Assembly: GCA_030595125.1 (NCBI GenBank)
Contig: JAUVDV010000007.1
Location: 9,039-73,038, forward strand
DNA from: Deltaproteobacteria bacterium
GTDB taxonomy: Bacteria; Myxococcota_A; Polyangia; JAAYKL01
Direction of reading: 5' to 3'
DNA length: 64,000 nucleotides
Shown: in pieces, positions 57,989-64,000 of the stretch
Numbering within the stretch: position 1 is the first letter of the stretch
Layout: each line of letters begins with the position of its first letter
The notes under the pieces: generated by a model
Database searches by the model: none
The model's input: the letters and a program-made list of their open reading frames with translations, nothing else
What the model was told of the DNA's origin: nothing
Position numbers and translations under genes: made by a program

Positions 57989-58459
57989 CTATGCGAACTC
58001 TTCGATGAGCTTGTCGTCCCACTCATCCGCAACTGTGGCGACCGTGTGTAAAATGTCCTCGAACTCGGCATATTCGAGCCCGTTGACGGAGCGGAGCGCG
58101 CGCAGGCACACAGTGTCGGTTTCCTTTTCGATGGCAAACGCGCCGTCCGAGGTGGCCAGGAAATTCAACTCGAGCAGGTGTCTGTAAAACTCGGTACTAC
58201 GTTCTTTCGGGATCTTCATTATGCGAGACAGGAAGAGCAACACACCCTGCTCCTCGATGACGTTGATCCCGATGGTCGCCGACCCCCTGTTTATGCTCGT
58301 GTATCCGTCACCATCTAGGGGATCGAACATCACCGAGTCACCGGTCGCCTCCGACACCTTCTGAGAAAACCTCTTGATGAACTCGTTGATCAACGCAACC
58401 GCAGTGGGATGCTCCTGCCCCGTATCCCGATCGATATATCGGTTGTCCATCTCGGTCAT
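57989..58459 (-). CDS. YbjN-like domain protein (putative sensory-transduction/chaperone-like)
   Basis: Size and secondary-structure pattern only. Weak. Confidence 0.45.
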   Translation of the reverse strand: MTEMDNRYIDRDTGQEHPTAVALINEFIKRFSQKVSEATGDSVMFDPLDGDGYTSINRGSATIGINVIEEQGVLLFLSRIMKIPKERSTEFYRHLLELNFLATSDGAFAIEKETDTVCLRALRSVNGLEYAEFEDILHTVATVADEWDDKLIEEFA

Positions 58460-58477
58460 TTTGGATCCTCCTTTTTG

Positions 58478-58524
58478 AAGCCGGCTACCATCATCTTCCC
58501 CTTCCCCTGCCGCCAGGGGAAGGT
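58478..58524 (-). repeat. Conserved hairpin element, copy C (reverse orientation, 6-nt loop)
   Basis: ccatcatcttccccttcccctgccgccaggggaaggtcgggatgggg. Confidence 0.8.
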
Positions 58525-58544
58525 CGGGATGGGGTTTTTAAAAA

Positions 58545-59567
58545 CTATCTGAATCCAACAATCTCTTCGAGTGCAATTGTAACCATGCGATCGAGCTTCG
58601 ACGGTTCCTGCGCGGGCAACGGCAACCTGCGGCTCCGAAGGAACTCCTCCGTCCAGGTAGTCTCGAACCGCGCCGCGCTCATCCGTCGCTTGAAAAACGC
58701 CCCGACGGACCAGCGGCACGTCTTGTCCATGCGAGACAGCGCACGACGGGCACCCGCCGCCAGATCGAATCCAGCCGGAACATGCTCCCTCGCAGACACC
58801 GAGATCCCGTCCACGATTTTCCCGGTGTCGCCTCCGAATCGAGAGAGGAGGTGGAGGGTTCTGCCACCGGGGTCCGGATCGACATCCTTCAGGCCTACCA
58901 CCACGTCGACCAGGTAATCCAGATCCGTGAGGATGAGCTGCCCGTTTCCCTCCCAGGGGGTGGAGTCCCCGGCGGCCAGGCACAGATGAACCAGCGGGCA
59001 CAGATTTTCACCCTCTCCGACGATCCAGCCTGACCGGATCACCGTTATGGGTACGTCTCCGAAGTGCCTGCGATACACCCGCTCGGCGGCGAGACGCATC
59101 TTTGCAGATCCCCCGTCGAACCGCTGGCCCACGATAAGATCCACTTCGCGAAAAGTTTCTCGGTGATTTCCCGCAACGTCCAGATGGGACAACACGACCA
59201 CCTGTTGAAGGTTCTTCGCCGCCGCCGCCAGCTCCAGCACCTCTCGACCGGTGGTCCTGGCGGATTCGAGGTCGTCTCCGTCCGGATAGGAACACGGGGG
59301 CACCAGGTTGTAAATCGATGAGACCTGTTCGCTCAGGCGTCCGAACCGTTCCCCGGACAAGCCGAAATCAATATGGTTCCAGTCGCCTTCAATAATCTCG
59401 ATTTTCGCGCTCTCTCGTCGGATTAGCTCCCTTGCTCGAGGTAAATCGGATGGGCGGACTATTACCTCGACGGACATCTCGTTGCCGGATGCCAGTCCCA
59501 GGGCCACGCGACAGGCCGGCTCCGCAGGGAAACCCAGGATCAGAGCTGTTCTGCCGGGTTCGCTCAT
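58545..59567 (-). CDS. Hypothetical protein. Possibly a degenerate NAD(P)-binding epimerase/reductase-like fold.
   Basis: 340-aa ORF whose stop overlaps the coaE start. No clean GxxGxxG. Confidence 0.4.
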   Translation of the reverse strand: MSEPGRTALILGFPAEPACRVALGLASGNEMSVEVIVRPSDLPRARELIRRESAKIEIIEGDWNHIDFGLSGERFGRLSEQVSSIYNLVPPCSYPDGDDLESARTTGREVLELAAAAKNLQQVVVLSHLDVAGNHRETFREVDLIVGQRFDGGSAKMRLAAERVYRRHFGDVPITVIRSGWIVGEGENLCPLVHLCLAAGDSTPWEGNGQLILTDLDYLVDVVVGLKDVDPDPGGRTLHLLSRFGGDTGKIVDGISVSAREHVPAGFDLAAGARRALSRMDKTCRWSVGAFFKRRMSAARFETTWTEEFLRSRRLPLPAQEPSKLDRMVTIALEEIVGFR

Positions 59568-60193
59568 TTCACTTCTCCCGAGTAACGTTCTTTCAACACA
59601 GCGATCAGCTTTTGCGTTTCTTCCTTCAGTTCCTCGACAGTTCCATTATTTTGAATCACATGGTCGGCCACTGCCAGCTTTTCGTCTATGGGAAGCTGCG
59701 CCGCAATGCGCACGGCGGCGGCTTGCCTGGAATACCCCTCTCGGAAGCCCAGCCTTGTCAGCTGGTTTTCCAGAGAACATGAGACGACAATCAGGGCTTC
59801 GAGGCTCTCGTGGATTCCGGTTTCCACCAGCAGCGCCGCTTCGTATACGGCCAAGTGTAGTCCTTTTTGCGCGATCATGTGAAGGCCCTGGCCGGCGAGC
59901 TGTCCTATGGCGGGGTGGGTGATCGCCTCAAGAGCCGCCCGCCGGTCTGGATTATCGAACACTATCTTGCCGAGCTTCTGCCGGTCTATGGTGCGATCGT
60001 CGACTCCGAGAATCCCGGTTCCGAACTCGTCAACGACAGCCTGGTAAGCGATGCCGTCCGGCTCCAGGGACAGGTGCCCAAGGCCGTCCGCGTCGATTAC
60101 CGGGATGCCGGCGCTCCTCATTATTTCCGCTACAGTGCTTTTGCCCGAAGCGATGCCGCCGGTGAGTCCGACAACGGTGAGATTGGTGGTCAT
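59564..60193 (-). CDS. coaE: Dephospho-CoA kinase
   Basis: VGLTGGIASGKST P-loop. ...THP.I... Confidence 0.85.
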   Translation of the reverse strand: MTTNLTVVGLTGGIASGKSTVAEIMRSAGIPVIDADGLGHLSLEPDGIAYQAVVDEFGTGILGVDDRTIDRQKLGKIVFDNPDRRAALEAITHPAIGQLAGQGLHMIAQKGLHLAVYEAALLVETGIHESLEALIVVSCSLENQLTRLGFREGYSRQAAAVRIAAQLPIDEKLAVADHVIQNNGTVEELKEETQKLIAVLKERYSGEVK

Positions 60194-60226
60194 GGCATTG
60201 TCAGATTCTGCGCCCCCCAAAAGTGT

Positions 60227-60853
60227 TTAGAAGAGCCCGTCAAGGGAGTCGTCATCCCCGCCCTCGTCTTCCTCCGGCTCCGGCTCCGCCATGCCGCCCA
60301 CTTCCTTCTCATCCTCCGGAGTTGTCCCGAAGCCGGCGGAAGTGGCGAAATCGTCGTCCATCACCGTGGTCGGGCCCTTGTTATCGGCGGGTTTGAGGCG
60401 CTTCTTTGCGCGCTGCAGTTTGACCGCCTCCCATTTTTTTCCCGCGTCGTCCTCGCCGTAACCCCACTCGCCCTTGACCCAGTGCACCATACGTTTCTTG
60501 GTGGTGCCTTCTTCAATGACAATGTACTTGAAATACCCGCCTCCCGTGGAATCGGCTATCTTGCCGCCCACCTTGGTGTTGGTGCTGGTCCATCGGAATT
60601 TATACAGATCTCCGGTGACCGTACCCTCCATGCGTCCGTACCTGCTGTCGCTCTCGAAGAGCCCGACCGCGTTTGATCCATCCACCGTGATCTCCAAACG
60701 GCCCCATGCGGGGGACTGATATATCCCGTCGAAGGTGCCGTCCTGCGGCATATTTCCCGCCCTGGCAGCGGATTTTCCGGGCTGAGGGCCGCCACAGCCG
60801 AATGCCACAGCCAAACCCAGAACGATAATTGTGTTTACAATCCAGTTTTTCAT
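60227..60853 (-). CDS. Hypothetical lipoprotein with an acidic C-terminal tail
   Basis: RBS gggagga. Lipobox VLGLAVAFGCGG. C-terminus EPEPEEDEGGDDD. Confidence 0.45.
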   Translation of the reverse strand: MKNWIVNTIIVLGLAVAFGCGGPQPGKSAARAGNMPQDGTFDGIYQSPAWGRLEITVDGSNAVGLFESDSRYGRMEGTVTGDLYKFRWTSTNTKVGGKIADSTGGGYFKYIVIEEGTTKKRMVHWVKGEWGYGEDDAGKKWEAVKLQRAKKRLKPADNKGPTTVMDDDFATSAGFGTTPEDEKEVGGMAEPEPEEDEGGDDDSLDGLF

Positions 60854-60926
60854 GGCTTCCTCCCATTCATTGGACGCGGTGCAGTTTAGCAAGCCGCAAT
60901 TCAAGCTGCAACGTTGAACTCCATTT

Positions 60927-60970
60927 ACCCCATCCCGGCCTTCCCCTGCGAGGGGAAGGGGAAGTTGTTG
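60927..60970 (+). repeat. Conserved hairpin element, copy D
   Basis: ccccatcccggccttcccctgcgaggggaaggggaagttgttgg, in the divergent intergenic region upstream of mglB. Confidence 0.8.
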
Positions 60971-61099
60971 GAGGCCAGCATCATATTGATTTGATCTTGT
61001 AGGGAGCGGGAAGGTTTGGTAATGATTGTTACTTCTCTTTGTCGAGGGAGTGGTGTGCTTTTCGACGCTGTCGGCGATAGCACCAAGGGAGAACAATAA

Positions 61100-61582
61100 A
61101 TGGTCGATCCGCAGATGGTGATGTACGAGGAGGAGTTCAACCACATTCAGGTGGTTTGCGACAAGCTCGTACGCGATGCTAATGCCCTCGTGGTTTTCAT
61201 AGTGGACAAGAACGGGCAGTTGATTGCCACGTCAGGGGAATACGAGCATCTGGACACAACGTCCCTGGCTTCCCTGACCGCAGGCAACATCGCTGCAACC
61301 GGTGGAATGGCGAAGCTCCTCAAGGAGAACGAGTTCGCCACCCAGTTTCATGAGGGCGAGCATCAGAACATTCATATTCAGATAGTCGGGCAGCGTGTCA
61401 TTCTGGTAGTCATTTTCGACGAGCGTTCCTCCCTGGGCCTGGTGAGGTTGAGGGTTCGCAAGGCAACCGCTGAGCTGGACAGGATCTTCGAGAGTCTGTT
61501 GAGAAAAGTTCAGGATCCCGGCACGCCTTCACCGTTCGCCGAGATCACCGATGATGACATCGACAACTTGTTCAACGATTAG
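61100..61582 (+). CDS. mglB: Roadblock/LC7-domain protein MglB (GAP of MglA)
   Basis: 160 aa. It lies immediately upstream of mglA, 18 bp apart. Roadblock-like VVFIVDKNGQLIATSGE. Confidence 0.82.
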   Translation: MVDPQMVMYEEEFNHIQVVCDKLVRDANALVVFIVDKNGQLIATSGEYEHLDTTSLASLTAGNIAATGGMAKLLKENEFATQFHEGEHQNIHIQIVGQRVILVVIFDERSSLGLVRLRVRKATAELDRIFESLLRKVQDPGTPSPFAEITDDDIDNLFND

Positions 61583-61599
61583 GAAAAGGGCCCCAATAG

Positions 61600-62187
61600 A
61601 TGTCGTTCATCAATTACTCATCGCGCGAAATCAACTGCAAGATCGTTTACTATGGTCCCGGGTTATGCGGAAAGACAACCAATCTCCAGTACATTTACAA
61701 CCGTACAAATCCCGATGCCAAGGGCAAGATGATCTCCCTTGCCACCGAAACCGAGAGGACATTGTTTTTCGACTTTCTGCCGCTCTCGTTGGGAGAAATT
61801 CGCGGATTTAAAACAAGGTTCCATCTCTACACCGTCCCAGGGCAAGTCTTCTACGATGCTTCGAGAAAGCTCATCCTCAAGGGGGTGGACGGTGTTATTT
61901 TCGTGGCCGACTCTCAGATTGACCGCATGGAAGCCAACATCGAGTCACTGGAGAACCTGCGGTATAACCTGCAAGAGCAAGGTTACGAGCTCGACAATCT
62001 TCCGTATGTGGTCCAGTACAACAAGCGCGATCTGCCGAACGTGGCCTCCGTCGACGAGCTTCGCGAATTGCTGAACATCACAATGGCTCCCGATTTCGAG
62101 GCCATCTCTACCACCGGCCAGGGAGTTTTCGATACCCTCAAGGCGGTCGCCAAGGCGGTGCTCACGGATCTCAAGCGCGGCAGCTGA
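61600..62187 (+). CDS. mglA: Ras-like small GTPase MglA (motility/polarity regulator)
   Basis: MSFINYSSREINCKIVYYGPGLCGKTTNLQYIYN...LPLSLGEIRGFKTRFHLYTVPGQVFYDASRKLILKGVDGV.FVADSQ..RMEAN.ESLENL...YNKRDLPN. By recollection this is nearly identical to M. xanthus MglA. Confidence 0.93.
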   Translation: MSFINYSSREINCKIVYYGPGLCGKTTNLQYIYNRTNPDAKGKMISLATETERTLFFDFLPLSLGEIRGFKTRFHLYTVPGQVFYDASRKLILKGVDGVIFVADSQIDRMEANIESLENLRYNLQEQGYELDNLPYVVQYNKRDLPNVASVDELRELLNITMAPDFEAISTTGQGVFDTLKAVAKAVLTDLKRGS

Positions 62188-62214
62188 TTTAATAGCCTAC
62201 ACAAGGAGACAACA

Positions 62215-63036
62215 ATGAAAATTCCGGTTTGCCTTTTCATCGGATTCTCGATGGTATTGCTCATCGCCGCCGGTTGCGGCATTCCCGAGGAGCAGTACAA
62301 CGCCAAGGTCAAGGAAGCGGCAAAGTTGCGGGCGGATCTGGACCAGGCCACTGCGGCGAACAAGAAGCTCGAGGAGCAGCTCTTCGAAATGCGCTCCGAG
62401 AACCAGACTCTGGCGGCTCGCTTGCTGGAGCTGGGTGATGACGTTGAGAAGCTCCTGGGCGAGAAGAGCGCTCTCTCTTCCGACTTGCAGCAAACACGGG
62501 ATCGCGAGATGCGCCTGCGCCGTGAGCAGGAAGCCCAGCGCGCCAGGATGGCCAAGTACCGCCAGGTCATCGAGAAGTTCAAGGCCCTGATCAGCTCCGG
62601 CAAGCTCAAGATCCGCATCGTTCGCGGACAGCTGGTGGTGGAGCTGTCATCCAGCATCCTGTTCGAGTCGGGCAAGGCCATTCTGAGCGAGGAGGGCGAG
62701 GCGGCCCTTGCGGAGTTGGCGTCCATCCTGTCCACCATCAAGGGTCGAAGCTTCCAGGTCGCCGGGCACACAGACAATGTCCCCATGAAGTCCAAAAAAT
62801 TCCCATCCAACTGGGAGCTCTCCGGGGAGCGTGCGGTCAAGGTTGTCAGGTTCCTCCAGGACTCGGGCGTCAACCCGAACAACCTGTCGGCGGCTGGCTA
62901 TGCAGAATTCCAGCCGGCAACGAGCAACGACACCAGAGAAGGCAAGGCCAGTAATCGCCGTATCGAAATCGTTCTCATGCCCAACCTCGACGAGCTCCCG
63001 GACCTCAGCGATCTCGAAAGCGACATCGGCAAGTAA
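62215..63036 (+). CDS. OmpA/MotB C-terminal-domain lipoprotein with an N-terminal coiled coil (paralog of 12565-13362)
   Basis: RBS aaggaga. Lipobox LLIAAGCG. FQVAGHTDNVP...NWELSGERAVKVVRFL...AAGYAEF...NRRIEIV. Confidence 0.78.
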   Translation: MKIPVCLFIGFSMVLLIAAGCGIPEEQYNAKVKEAAKLRADLDQATAANKKLEEQLFEMRSENQTLAARLLELGDDVEKLLGEKSALSSDLQQTRDREMRLRREQEAQRARMAKYRQVIEKFKALISSGKLKIRIVRGQLVVELSSSILFESGKAILSEEGEAALAELASILSTIKGRSFQVAGHTDNVPMKSKKFPSNWELSGERAVKVVRFLQDSGVNPNNLSAAGYAEFQPATSNDTREGKASNRRIEIVLMPNLDELPDLSDLESDIGK

Positions 63037-63041
63037 CCACC

Positions 63042-63977
63042 GTGAACGACACCGAGTTACCACGCTGCGCCGTCGGCCTGGATATCGGATCCAATACATT
63101 CAGTTGTGCAGAGATCGTGGTTGACCCGTCGGGTGCCCCCCTCGTCGTCAAGGACATTTCGAGGGCTGTCCGGCTCTCGGAAGATCTCTTGCCCGGCGGG
63201 CGGCTCAAGCAATCTGCGGTAGCTCGTGGACTCGACGCCCTGGGCGATCTGGCGCGGGATTTCGACATGGCAAGGAAGCCGTTTCGCGTTGTGGCAACAG
63301 CGGTTCTGAGGATGACGTCGCACCCCCAAGACTTCACCGACCCGGCAAAAGAAATTCTGGGCTCCGACGTGGAAATCATCGACGGTGAAGGGGAGGCGCT
63401 GCTCGTCAGCAGGGGCGCGGTACTCGATCTCGAGCCGGCCGCGAACGGAGCCGGCTGGATAATCGCGGACGTCGGAGGTCAGTCGACCGAGGTGTGCCAG
63501 ATCGGTGGTGCAGCCACGGCGAACCCGGTCAGCATGCCCCTCGGGGTGGTGGGGCTCACCGAGCGGTTTCTCAACGACGATCCGCCAACAGTTGAACAGA
63601 TCTCAAACCTCGAAGATTACGTGTTCGAGCAAGTTTCGAAACTCTTACCCGGTAACCCGGCCGGCCAGCTCGTGGGCGTCGCCGGAACCGCAACCACCCT
63701 GGGGATGCTGGAGCTTGGCCGGGCGAGATGGGACAGGTCGGCGGTCCACGGACTGGAGATCTCCCGATCGGCGAGCCTCGATTGGCAAGAGCGAATGACG
63801 GAAATCGACGCACAGGCTCGTCAGGATCGTTTTGGCATCACGGGTCTGCGGGCGGATGTCTTCCCTGCCGGTCTCTGTATAATCAATACGTTGTTGAAGT
63901 ACTTCGAGCGAGATGTATTCACGGTCAGCGCCAACGGCCTGCGGATCGGCGCCGCGCTTTCCATTTTGAAAGGTTAA
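63042..63977 (+). CDS. Ppx/GppA-family phosphatase (N-terminal actin-like ATPase domains only)
   Basis: GTG start. AVGLDIGSNTFSC...ATAVLRMTS...DGEGEALL...ADVGGQSTEV. Confidence 0.72.
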   Translation: MNDTELPRCAVGLDIGSNTFSCAEIVVDPSGAPLVVKDISRAVRLSEDLLPGGRLKQSAVARGLDALGDLARDFDMARKPFRVVATAVLRMTSHPQDFTDPAKEILGSDVEIIDGEGEALLVSRGAVLDLEPAANGAGWIIADVGGQSTEVCQIGGAATANPVSMPLGVVGLTERFLNDDPPTVEQISNLEDYVFEQVSKLLPGNPAGQLVGVAGTATTLGMLELGRARWDRSAVHGLEISRSASLDWQERMTEIDAQARQDRFGITGLRADVFPAGLCIINTLLKYFERDVFTVSANGLRIGAALSILKG

Positions 63978-64000
63978 AAAATGGATCTCGGACTGACAGG

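Overview
This is a high-GC (about 60-65% by eye) bacterial chromosomal segment that looks Myxococcota-like. The clearest anchor is an mglB-mglA pair at 61.1-62.2 kb: the MglA product reads almost residue-for-residue like Myxococcus xanthus MglA as I remember it. Supporting signs are a Hanks-type Ser/Thr kinase with a PEGA domain, several PEGA-domain proteins, and repeated 'C-x-D-G-x-D-N-D-C-D-G' cysteine/aspartate motifs.

Housekeeping genes present:
- 3'-truncated dnaB, then rplI, rpsR and rpsF on the minus strand at the left edge.
- purN, guaB, rng (RNase G/E family), coaE, a Ppx/GppA-family gene and a C-terminal processing protease.

About half the window encodes envelope or secreted proteins: lipoproteins, an outer-membrane beta-barrel, OmpA-domain coiled-coil lipoproteins, a VWA cysteine-rich protein, an M23 peptidase, a CPBP protease and a LolA-like protein.

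Things that stand out:
- Four paralogous lipoproteins carry long (S/T)D dipeptide repeat tracts built on very repetitive DNA.
- A ~45-nt conserved hairpin element occurs four times in intergenic DNA, in both orientations.
- An ~85-bp direct duplication of the 3' end of a sulfatase-family gene brackets a single DHODH-like gene. Immediately beyond it lies a ~5-kb low-GC (about 35-40%) island encoding a WecD/WecE-like amino-sugar cassette plus glycosyltransferases, and it ends in a truncated IS4-family transposase.
- Two paralogous membrane-anchored sulfatase-family genes flank an Ldh2-family dehydrogenase.
- A 7-kb block (5.1-12.4 kb) of uncharacterised inner-membrane, outer-membrane, lipoprotein and VWA genes is my best candidate for an undescribed trans-envelope system.

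No rRNA, tRNA or CRISPR array was recognisable. All calls rest on motif recognition by eye; no database search was possible.
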